DNA of 24,000 nt from Romboutsia sp. 1001713B170131_170501_G6 (GTDB lineage: Bacteria > Bacillota > Clostridia > Peptostreptococcales > Peptostreptococcaceae). Below the pieces are notes generated by a model. It saw only the letters and a list, made by a program, of their open reading frames with translations, made no database searches and was not told where the DNA came from. Below are positions 8,880 through 16,975 of this stretch, piece after piece; within the stretch, counting starts at the first letter, position 1, and every line of letters starts with the position of its first letter. A program made the translations under genes and the position numbers. The DNA is taken from NCBI RefSeq assembly GCF_015668195.1, contig NZ_JADPFC010000012.1, forward strand, positions 1 through 24,000. Direction: 5' to 3'.

Positions 8880-10082
8880 CTATGCGTTTGCTTCTACTTC
8901 CATATATTTCTTTAAAACTTTACCTAATCTCTTGATTCCCTCAACTATTTTCTCATCTGTAGATGTTGAGTAGTTTAATCTAAAGCAATTTTCTTTTCCA
9001 CCATTAGGGAAGAATGATCCCCCTGGAACATATGCAACATTATTTGCTATACAATCTTCCATTATAACTTTTGAATCTAAATGCTTTGGTAATTCTACCC
9101 ATGTGAATAATCCGCCTTCTGGATGAGTATACTCTAAACCTTCTGGGAATTCTTCTTTAATAGTTTTTAACATAAGATCTCTACGTCTTTTATAAACTTC
9201 TTTTAATTTTTCAACATGTTTATCTAAATCATATAATTCTATGTATTTACTAACTTCTCTTTGAGATATACTAGATGCTTGTAGGTCTGCTCCTTGTTTG
9301 ACGAATATAAATTTGCTTAATATTTCATGAGATGCACATGTCCAGCCTATTCTATATCCTGGACAGAATATTTTTGAAAAGCTTCCTAGATATATTACCA
9401 ATCCTTTATTATCCATTGATTTTAAAGATGGTAATGTATCACCTTCGAATCTTAATTCACCATATGGGTTGTCTTCTATTACTGGTATTTCATATTTATT
9501 TATAATTTCCATGAACTTTTTACGTCTTTCCATCGGCCAAGTTCTTCCTGTTGGGTTTTGGAAATCTGGTATTACATATATCATTTTCACTCTATCAGTT
9601 GTTTCTAATATTTTTTCTAACTCTTCCATTATCATTCCATCTTTATCTGTTGGAACTTCTATGAATTTTGGTAAATATGCTTTAAAAGCATTTAATGCTC
9701 CTAAGTAGGATGGACTTTCACATAAAACTACGTCACCTTCGTCTAAGAAAACTTTCCCTGCAAAGTCTAATCCTTGTTGTGAACCATTAGTTATCAATAT
9801 ATCATCCTTTGTTACATTAGTTTTAGCTTTACTATTCATTCTATCAGCTATTTGTTCTCTTAAAGGAGTATAACCTTCAGTTGTAGAGTATTGAAGAGCT
9901 GATCTTCCATCCTCTTCTAAAACCATAGTAGAAATCTTTTTCATTTCCTCTATTGGGAATAATTCTGGAGCAGGTAATCCTCCAGCAAAAGATATAACCT
10001 CTGGTTTTTCCGTCAACTTTAAAAGCTCACGTATTTCTGATCCTTTTAACCCTGCCATTCTCTTTGCAAATTTAACTGCCAT
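8880..10082 (-). CDS. PLP-dependent aminotransferase, class I/II (ARO8/LysN-like)
   Basis: 400 aa. The N-terminus ...LKGSEIRELLKL...ISFAGGLPAPELFP is typical of this subfamily, and the PLP-lysine motif is GSFSKIFCPGYRIGW. Substrate cannot be assigned. Confidence 0.85.
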   Translation of the reverse strand: MAVKFAKRMAGLKGSEIRELLKLTEKPEVISFAGGLPAPELFPIEEMKKISTMVLEEDGRSALQYSTTEGYTPLREQIADRMNSKAKTNVTKDDILITNGSQQGLDFAGKVFLDEGDVVLCESPSYLGALNAFKAYLPKFIEVPTDKDGMIMEELEKILETTDRVKMIYVIPDFQNPTGRTWPMERRKKFMEIINKYEIPVIEDNPYGELRFEGDTLPSLKSMDNKGLVIYLGSFSKIFCPGYRIGWTCASHEILSKFIFVKQGADLQASSISQREVSKYIELYDLDKHVEKLKEVYKRRRDLMLKTIKEEFPEGLEYTHPEGGLFTWVELPKHLDSKVIMEDCIANNVAYVPGGSFFPNGGKENCFRLNYSTSTDEKIVEGIKRLGKVLKKYMEVEANA

Positions 10083-10180
10083 AATTAAAGCACCCCCTGA
10101 AATTGTTTACCCTGTACTTTAATTATAGCAACGCCAAATTTGATTCGATACTCTCTTTGAAATTTTCTGAATTTTCTATT

Positions 10181-10369
10181 TTATTCTTTTGTAATTATCT
10201 TTTTTACTCTTTTTTCAAAAGTTTCTCTGTCTAGCATTATTTCTCTAGAGCATTTGGTGCATTTTATCTTTACATCCATACCAACTCTAGTTATTTCGAA
10301 TTCTTTATTTCCACAAGGATGTTGTTTTTTCATTTCAACAACATCTCCTAGCTTAATACTTATAGGCAT
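10181..10369 (-). CDS. DUF951 family small protein
   Basis: 62 aa. The pattern GDVVEMKKQHPCG...W/F.I.RVG.D.KIKC..C...ML.R..FEK..KKI matches my recollection of DUF951. Shine-Dalgarno is AAAGGAGTG. It starts 15 nt after the DUF3343 stop. Confidence 0.75.
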   Translation of the reverse strand: MPISIKLGDVVEMKKQHPCGNKEFEITRVGMDVKIKCTKCSREIMLDRETFEKRVKKIITKE

Positions 10370-10384
10370 CTAAATTCACTCCTT

Positions 10385-10648
10385 TTAAACTATCTCTGTT
10401 GCTTCTTTTTTTCCATTTTCTAACTTAACTATTTTATATATACCTTTATATTCTACATCACTTTCTTTTAAAGTTTCTTTTACTTTTTCTATATCATTGT
10501 ATAAAAATCTTATTGAAATTCCACAACTAGCCGTTATCTCTCTTGGTGTAGGTAATGTTGTACATACTATTTCCTTTTCCTTTAATAACTTCTCTGTTCT
10601 TATTGCATGATGTGTTGAGTTAAATGATACTATATACATTTCATTCAT
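10385..10648 (-). CDS. DUF3343 (putative Se/S carrier-like) protein
   Basis: 87 aa. The pattern FNSTHHAIRTEKLLKEKEI...LPTPREITASCGISIRF is typical of DUF3343. It lies next to yedF. Confidence 0.75.
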   Translation of the reverse strand: MNEMYIVSFNSTHHAIRTEKLLKEKEIVCTTLPTPREITASCGISIRFLYNDIEKVKETLKESDVEYKGIYKIVKLENGKKEATEIV

Positions 10649-10690
10649 TGTTTTTCCTCTTTCTAATCTAGTTATTATAAATATTATTTT

Positions 10691-10723
10691 ATATAAATAA
10701 GGCTACATATACAATATGTAACC
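10691..10723 (-). terminator. Hairpin terminator after yedF
   Basis: On the minus-strand RNA: GGUUACAUAU-UGU-AUAUGUAGCC (10723-10701), 10 bp including one G-U pair, followed by UUAUUUAUAU. The U-tract is interrupted, so termination may be partial. Confidence 0.55.
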
Positions 10724-10735
10724 TTATTATGTCCA

Positions 10736-11326
10736 TTATATAGATATAGTTTGTAATGAGTTATTCATTACTTCTACAATATTATACATATTAGTAACTG
10801 TACCTACTTGTAATGATTCTTTTAAATTATAATAATCTAAACATGTACCACAAGATAGTACTTCTACTCCATTACTTTCTAGTATTTTTAAGTTTTCTAC
10901 TGTAGCTTCATTTACTGTTGTAAGTCTTACTCCTGAATTGACAAATACTATGTGTTTTGGATATGGCTTAGTTTCTGTCAAAGTGTATATATATCCTTTT
11001 ATAAGAACTTCTCCTAGTTCATCATTTCCTTGTCCCATTTTATCTGAAGATATAAATATACACTTATTATCTAGATCGACCTTCGTGTCTTCTTCTATTT
11101 TTACATTTTCACCTTTTATTATTTCAACTACTATTAAATCTTCTTCTTCTCTTAAAACGCTACTTTCACAATTAGATGACTTTGATAACTTTATTATATT
11201 TTCTTTTGCCATTGTATTATCTACTGTGACTCTTATAACTCCATTTTCTAACTTATCTAATTCTTTCTTTGTATTTATTACTGGCTTTGGACACGCTAGT
11301 CCTCTTGCATCTATTTCTATTAGCAT
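10736..11326 (-). CDS. yedF: Selenium-metabolism-associated protein YedF (TusA-like N-domain plus DsrE-like C-domain)
   Basis: 196 aa. N-terminal TusA/SirA motif DARGLACPKP. The C-terminal half carries SCGTCLDYY. The architecture matches the YedF family. Shine-Dalgarno is AAGGAGAGGA. Confidence 0.8.
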   Translation of the reverse strand: MLIEIDARGLACPKPVINTKKELDKLENGVIRVTVDNTMAKENIIKLSKSSNCESSVLREEEDLIVVEIIKGENVKIEEDTKVDLDNKCIFISSDKMGQGNDELGEVLIKGYIYTLTETKPYPKHIVFVNSGVRLTTVNEATVENLKILESNGVEVLSCGTCLDYYNLKESLQVGTVTNMYNIVEVMNNSLQTISI

Positions 11327-11527
11327 AATATCCTCTCCTTACATATTCCTTAAAATAATTCTATCACATATGTAAATTTAAACGTTATAGATTATTTCTA
11401 TACAATTACTTATCAAATTAATTTTAATTATAAGAAATTTATTTCTTTGATTTTATCGAAATACACGGCTAACTTTCAAATTGTTTATCTTATGACTTAA
11501 TTTCAAGATGAATATCCTATAAACTTA

Positions 11528-11567
11528 TTAAAAATAAAACAGATATAGCAAATGCTATATCTGTTTT
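11528..11567. terminator. Hairpin terminator after the HTH-TPR regulator
   Basis: 14-bp stem AAAACAGATATAGC/GCTATATCTGTTTT (11536-11549 and 11554-11567) with loop AAAT. T-rich runs lie on both sides. It begins 7 nt after the regulator stop. Confidence 0.8.
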
Positions 11568-11573
11568 ATTTTT

Positions 11574-12866
11574 CTATATTATTTCTAAATTTTTATATAA
11601 AACTACCCCTTTGTGGTAGTACTCTAATTCTTTTTCCTTAGATATATTTGAATATAATTCTCCTAACTCAATATATAATTCAGCTAGTGTTTTAGTATCT
11701 CCCAATTCAGATACTATGTTTGCACACTTATATAGGTATTCTATAGCCGATGTATTTTCATTTTGTGCTTTGTGTATCTTAGAATACAACTTTAAAGCTT
11801 TATATTCGTTGCACTTGTTTTTTGATTTTATAGATAATGCTAGCGCTACTTTACAATACTTTTTAGCTTCTTCAAAATCTTTATTTTCAATATATGCATC
11901 TACTATTTTAGATAAACTCTTTATAGTTATCTTATCTTCACTATTTTTATTTATATTATAGGCTTTTTGAGAATACTCTAAAACCTTATCTATATTTCCT
12001 AGGTTTTTATATATATCAGATATTCTCAGATAAACATTTGCTATTCCTGATTTATTTTCTTCTTCCTCTAATAACTCTAATGCCCTTTTAAAACATTCCT
12101 TAGAATCATCATACTTTCCAGCTCTTAAGAAATTATTAGCCTTTAATAACAACATATCTATTTCTTCTTTTATATTATTTTGCATTTCTATATCACTAAT
12201 CTTATTTATATAGTATAAAGACTTTTCAGAGTCATTTAACTTCATGTAAGAATATGCCATATTACTATATAAATCTTTATGAATACTCATATCTTCGATT
12301 TGACCCTCTAGCAGTAAGTCCTCTGCAAATCCTAGATGTGTTATAGCACCTTTGAAAAATGCTTCTTGTACATATACTTTTCCTATATTTAAATAACATC
12401 TAAATATATTTTCTTTATCATTATCTTTTATAAAATAATACAAAGCTTTTTCTAAATTTCCAACTACAAGATTATAGTCTTCTTTTTTTAGATTGATTGT
12501 TCCTAATAAAAAATTACATTTCCCATAATTATCTATTAAATTAAATTTTTTGCATATACTTAAAACTTTATTTATTAATTCTTCCGCTTTTTCAAGTTCT
12601 CCTCTTTTTATATGAATTTCACTTTGAAGAATTAAGTTATCTGTTATCCTTCTAGATTGCATTTCTTTAGTCTCTAGTAAATAGTCTACACTTACTTCTA
12701 ACTTTTGTGATAAGTAATCTAATAACTCATGACTTGTATGAGATTTATCTCTCTCTATATGACTTATTTGAGCTGCTGTTATTCTATCTCCAGCTAACTC
12801 TTTTAATGTCATATTTTTTTCTTTTCTTAGTTTCTTAATTTTCTCTCCTAAGCTTAGAATGTCCAT
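11574..12866 (-). CDS. XRE-type HTH plus TPR transcriptional regulator (RRNPP-like; possibly an RstA-type regulator)
   Basis: 430 aa. N-terminal HTH_3 (LGEKIKKLRKEKNMTLKELAG...AAQISHIERDKSHTSHELLDYLSQKLEVSVDYLL) followed by about 350 aa of TPR-like helical repeats. It is a monocistronic unit bracketed by terminators. Shine-Dalgarno is AAGGGGGA. Confidence 0.8.
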   Translation of the reverse strand: MDILSLGEKIKKLRKEKNMTLKELAGDRITAAQISHIERDKSHTSHELLDYLSQKLEVSVDYLLETKEMQSRRITDNLILQSEIHIKRGELEKAEELINKVLSICKKFNLIDNYGKCNFLLGTINLKKEDYNLVVGNLEKALYYFIKDNDKENIFRCYLNIGKVYVQEAFFKGAITHLGFAEDLLLEGQIEDMSIHKDLYSNMAYSYMKLNDSEKSLYYINKISDIEMQNNIKEEIDMLLLKANNFLRAGKYDDSKECFKRALELLEEEENKSGIANVYLRISDIYKNLGNIDKVLEYSQKAYNINKNSEDKITIKSLSKIVDAYIENKDFEEAKKYCKVALALSIKSKNKCNEYKALKLYSKIHKAQNENTSAIEYLYKCANIVSELGDTKTLAELYIELGELYSNISKEKELEYYHKGVVLYKNLEII

Positions 12867-13064
12867 ATTAAAATTTCCCCCTTGAAACCATTTTCTTATA
12901 AGATGATTATAACTTAAATTTATATTAAAAACACTATGTATTTTGTAATATTTTACCTATTTATGTAGGTTTAATTAAATTTTCTTTTAGTTTTTTGTTA
13001 ATATAAAGCAAATTTAACTTTATTTTCAATTTATATATTTTAAAATTTATCTATGTACTTTCAT

Positions 13065-13108
13065 AAAAAAAGGTGTCTTAAAAATTATTTTAAGACACCT
13101 TTTTTTTT
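13065..13108. terminator. Bidirectional terminator after the class V aminotransferase gene
   Basis: 13-bp stem AGGTGTCTTAAAA/TTTTAAGACACCT (13071-13083 and 13088-13100) with a 4-nt loop, flanked by A7 and T8. Confidence 0.85.
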
Positions 13109-13113
13109 ATCTG

Positions 13114-14256
13114 TTAGTTATTTTTAGAAATTTCTTTTAAAGCCTCTACGGCTTTATCTATTTCTTCTTTAGTATTAAAGTACCCTAAGCTAAATCTAAC
13201 TGCACCTTGCTCTAGGGTTCCTAAAGTTTTATGAGCTAATGGCGCACAGTGTATACCAGATCTAGTGGCTATATCATATTCACTATCTAGTATAAAAGTT
13301 ATCTCTCCAGAATCCATATCTCCAATATTTATTGCTATAACTGCTGCCCTTTTTTTGCTATCTTTAGTACCATATATCTTTATATTAGGAACTTCTTCTA
13401 ATTTATCTAACATATACTGACATAGTTCTTCTTCATGTAATCTTATATTATCTATACCTTTTTCTAATATAAATTTTACTCCTTCATTTAATCCTGCTAT
13501 TCCAGGAGTATTGTGTGTTCCAGATTCATATCTATCAGGAACTATTTCAGGTTGAAATAAGTCCTCTGATTTACTTCCTGTTCCACCTTCTTTTAAAATA
13601 TCTACACTAAGGCCTTCTCTTATATATAAGATACCTGTTCCTTGAGGTCCAAGTAAGCACTTATGGCCTGGAGCAGCTATCATATCTACATTCATATCTT
13701 TTACATCAATAGAATACACTCCCGCTGTTTGTGATGCATCTACTAAGTATAATATATTATTTTCTTTAGCTATCTCTCCTACGGCTTTTATGTCTACTAA
13801 AGTTCCTACTACATTTGATGCATGAGTAGTTACTATTAATTTCGTATTTGGTTTTATTGCATTTTTTATATCATTTACGTCTAAGAAACCTTCTTTATTG
13901 CAGTTAACTATTGTATTTGAGATTCCTCTTGCTTCTAGGGATTTTATTGGTCTTATTACAGAATTATGCTCCATACTTGTTGTTATTATATGGTCGCCTT
14001 CTTTGACAGCACCTTTTATAGCTAAATTTAATGAATCAGTAGCATTATTTGTAAATATTATATTCATAGGATTATCTATATTAAATAACTTTGCTATATT
14101 TTCTCTTGCGTCATAAATCTCTCTTGCTGCCCTCATAGCCATTTTATGTCCAGCTCTTCCTGGATTAGCACAATATTTTTTCATACAATCCATTATAGAA
14201 TCATAAACTTGCTCTGGTTTAGGGTATGTAGTTGCAGCATTGTCTAAGTAAATCAT
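13114..14256 (-). CDS. Class V aminotransferase-fold cysteine desulfurase / selenocysteine lyase family protein
   Basis: 380 aa. N-terminus MIYLDNAATTYPKP, PLP-lysine region APGHKCLLGPQGTG and active-site loop RSGIHCAP, all typical of NifS/Csd-like enzymes. It starts 20 nt after the parB stop, with Shine-Dalgarno GTGAGGA. Confidence 0.85.
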   Translation of the reverse strand: MIYLDNAATTYPKPEQVYDSIMDCMKKYCANPGRAGHKMAMRAAREIYDARENIAKLFNIDNPMNIIFTNNATDSLNLAIKGAVKEGDHIITTSMEHNSVIRPIKSLEARGISNTIVNCNKEGFLDVNDIKNAIKPNTKLIVTTHASNVVGTLVDIKAVGEIAKENNILYLVDASQTAGVYSIDVKDMNVDMIAAPGHKCLLGPQGTGILYIREGLSVDILKEGGTGSKSEDLFQPEIVPDRYESGTHNTPGIAGLNEGVKFILEKGIDNIRLHEEELCQYMLDKLEEVPNIKIYGTKDSKKRAAVIAINIGDMDSGEITFILDSEYDIATRSGIHCAPLAHKTLGTLEQGAVRFSLGYFNTKEEIDKAVEALKEISKNN

Positions 14257-14276
14257 ATAAATTTCCTCACTTTACA

Positions 14277-15152
14277 TTAATTATCTTCAAGCATCATTGA
14301 TATTATATTATTTAATTCTTCATCATTATAATATTCTATCTCTATTTTTCCCTTTTTCTTCCCTTTTGATATATTTACTTTTGTTCCAAATATATTCATA
14401 AGTTTTTCTTCTACATCAACTATAAATATATCTTTCTCTTTTATTTTCTTTGGTACTTCTTTTGTATTATTTTCTGCAATAGTTTTAACTAAATTTTCAG
14501 TTGCTCTAACTGAAAGCTCTTCTTCTATAACTCTCTTTGCTAATTCTTCTTGTAACTCTTTGTCTGATATTCTAAGTAATGCCTTACCATGGCCAGCTGT
14601 CATTTGACAACTTTCTATCATCTTCATTACTGCTTCTCCAAGATTTAATAACCTTAAAGTATTTGTTATATGTGGTCTACTTTTTCCTACTGCTTCTGAT
14701 ATTTCTTCTTGAGTGACTTTATAATGGTCTATTAATCCTTTGTAAGCTAAGGCTTCTTCAATAGAGTTTAAATCTTCTCTTTGTAAGTTCTCTATCAAAG
14801 CTATCTCCATTATATCTTTCATTGGTATATCTTTAATAACAACAGGAACTTCTTTTAATTTTGCCATCTTAGATGCTCTGTATCTTCTTTCTCCTGCTAT
14901 TATCATATATTTGCCATTTTCATCTGGCTTTACTACTATTGGTTGTAATACCCCATAGTTTTTTATAGATTCTGATAAAATTTGTATTTTCTCTTCATCA
15001 AACACTTTTCTTGGCTGAGTTTCATTAGGATATATATTCTTTAATTCTATACTTATTATATCTTTACTATCTATTCCTTCTTTAATTTCTGGAATTAAGG
15101 CACTAAGACCTCTTCCTAATCTATTTGTTCTTTTAGACGATTTTTTTTCCAT
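14277..15152 (-). CDS. parB: Chromosome partitioning protein ParB/Spo0J
   Basis: 291 aa. GRGLSALI box, CTP-binding GERRYRA and an HTH with GKSRPHITNTLRLL...TAGHGKALL. It lies directly after soj, 1 nt from the soj stop. Confidence 0.93.
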   Translation of the reverse strand: MEKKSSKRTNRLGRGLSALIPEIKEGIDSKDIISIELKNIYPNETQPRKVFDEEKIQILSESIKNYGVLQPIVVKPDENGKYMIIAGERRYRASKMAKLKEVPVVIKDIPMKDIMEIALIENLQREDLNSIEEALAYKGLIDHYKVTQEEISEAVGKSRPHITNTLRLLNLGEAVMKMIESCQMTAGHGKALLRISDKELQEELAKRVIEEELSVRATENLVKTIAENNTKEVPKKIKEKDIFIVDVEEKLMNIFGTKVNISKGKKKGKIEIEYYNDEELNNIISMMLEDN

Positions 15153-15153
15153 A

Positions 15154-15927
15154 TTATATTATATCCTCCTCTAAATCTATGAACTCTTCTGCTAAGTCCA
15201 TGTATGCCTCTGCTCCCCTGCATCTTGCATCATAATATATAACTGGCTTTCCATGACTAGGTGCTTCTGCTAATCTAACATTTCTAGGAATTAATGTAGT
15301 ATATACACTTCCCTTGAAATACCTTTTTACCTCTTCAACTACCTGTATTGATAAATTAGCTCTTCCATCAAACATACTAAGGACTACTCCTTGTATCTCT
15401 ATATTGGGATTAAGTCTAGATTTAACTAGCTTTATAGTTTCCATAAGCTGACTTACACCTTCTAGCGCATAATATTCACACTGTATTGGTATTAATACAC
15501 TATCTACTGCTGTAAGACAGTTTATAGTTAGCATTCCTAATGAAGGAGGACAATCTATAAATATATAGTCATAATCTTTTCTTACGCATTCTATAGCATT
15601 TTTTAATACATATTCTCTTTTGTCCATATTAGTAAGCTCTATTTCTGCTCCTGATAACTCAGTTGCTGAAGCAATGGTATCTACATTTTCAAACTCTGTA
15701 GGTAAAATTGCCTCTCTTATATCTACATCATCTAACATTACTTCATATATAGTGTTTTCTACCTCTTTTTTCTCTATTCCATATCCACTAGTTGTATTTC
15801 CTTGTGGATCTAAATCTAGCACTAGTACTTTTTTACCCATCTTTCCTATACTTGCACTTAAATTTACATTAGTTGTAGTTTTTCCTACTCCACCTTTTTG
15901 ATTAAAAACTGCTATAACTTTTCCCAC
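15154..15927 (-). CDS. soj: Chromosome partitioning ATPase ParA/Soj
   Basis: The track ORF is 15154..15960. The likely start is the GTG at 15927 (MGKVIAVFNQKGGVGKTT, deviant Walker A), with AAGGGGGGA 6 nt upstream. The longer form starts inside or before that Shine-Dalgarno. Confidence 0.92.
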   Translation of the reverse strand: MGKVIAVFNQKGGVGKTTTNVNLSASIGKMGKKVLVLDLDPQGNTTSGYGIEKKEVENTIYEVMLDDVDIREAILPTEFENVDTIASATELSGAEIELTNMDKREYVLKNAIECVRKDYDYIFIDCPPSLGMLTINCLTAVDSVLIPIQCEYYALEGVSQLMETIKLVKSRLNPNIEIQGVVLSMFDGRANLSIQVVEEVKRYFKGSVYTTLIPRNVRLAEAPSHGKPVIYYDARCRGAEAYMDLAEEFIDLEEDII

Positions 15928-16003
15928 AAGATTTCCCCCCTTGTTTCTTCTAAAATTCACTTTTTCAAATTTTATAGTATAAAATTTTTAATTCTAATTT
16001 TGA

Positions 16004-16032
16004 TAAAAAAAGGCTACTGCCAAGCAGTAACC
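16004..16032 (-). terminator. Rho-independent terminator abutting the noc-like stop codon
   Basis: On the minus-strand RNA: GGUUACUGC-UUG-GCAGUAGCC (16032-16012), followed by U8 (16011-16004). Confidence 0.8.
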
Positions 16033-16818
16033 TTACTTTTTAGGAATTTTTACAACAACCTCCATATAATCGCCCTTATCTACTTCGTTATATTTAGCCT
16101 CAATTCCTGTTCCTATTATAGCATCGAAGGCTTGCTTCATAGTATTTAAGTATATTCTTATAGCCATTGAACTTTTTATATTTTGCTTTTTCTCTGGCTC
16201 TTCAGTTTCTTGTAAATCTTCTAATATATCCTTTATCAACTTTTCTGTTTTCTTTACAGTTAGCTCATTTTTTATTATTTTATCTAAGACATCCTTCATT
16301 AACTCTTCATTTGGTAACTTAAGCAATGCTCTTGCATGTCTTTCTGTTAGGTTATTTTCTACTAATTTTATTTTTATATCACTTGGCAATCTTAGTATTC
16401 TAAGTTTATTAGCTATAGTAGATTGATTCTTTCCTAACTTTTCTGCCAGTTGCTGCTGTGTAAAATCATGTTCTTTTATTAAATTTTCATACCCCATAGC
16501 CTCTTCTATAAAATTTAAATCTTCTCTTTGTAAATTCTCTAGCAGTGCTAATACAGCAGAATATTCGTCAGACATGTTATTTATAATAGCCGGTATTACT
16601 GTTAGATTTGCCAATTTAGCCGCTCTAAATCTTCTTTCTCCAGCAATTAATTCATACTTTTCATCTTTAACTCTAACTGTTATTGGTTGAAGTATTCCAT
16701 AAACTCTTATAGAGTTGCTTAATTCCTCTAATGCTGACTGTGAAAATACTTTTCTTGGTTGATATGGATTTGGAACTATATTTTCTATAGGTATCTCCAC
16801 AACTCTTTTTTCTTCCAT
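16033..16818 (-). CDS. noc: ParB-family paralog with a Noc-type DNA-recognition region (nucleoid-occlusion-like protein)
   Basis: 261 aa. ParB N-domain with GERRFRAAK. The HTH region GKNQSTIANKLRILRLP...LTERHARALL resembles Bacillus Noc rather than Spo0J. It occupies the conserved slot between rsmG and soj. In-frame TAA TAA stops lie immediately upstream of the ATG. Confidence 0.8.
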   Translation of the reverse strand: MEEKRVVEIPIENIVPNPYQPRKVFSQSALEELSNSIRVYGILQPITVRVKDEKYELIAGERRFRAAKLANLTVIPAIINNMSDEYSAVLALLENLQREDLNFIEEAMGYENLIKEHDFTQQQLAEKLGKNQSTIANKLRILRLPSDIKIKLVENNLTERHARALLKLPNEELMKDVLDKIIKNELTVKKTEKLIKDILEDLQETEEPEKKQNIKSSMAIRIYLNTMKQAFDAIIGTGIEAKYNEVDKGDYMEVVVKIPKK

Positions 16819-16975
16819 AACATCCCTCTCTTATTAGATATAAATATATTTGAATTTCATTATTTACTTACAAATTAATACTGCATTAGATACATATGAG
16901 TATACTATTTCTGCATGTAATTATATAATCCTTCTATTTTGTTTTATTTTTAATATATTTTTAATATACCTATCT

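Noticed and set aside
12936-12968. 10-codon ORF (MYFVIFYLFM) upstream of the RRNPP-type regulator, and 4-7 codon frames in both flanks, considered as candidate signalling pro-peptides
   Set aside because: None has a Shine-Dalgarno, a signal-peptide-like region, or a position downstream of the regulator. They are indistinguishable from random frames in AT-rich DNA.
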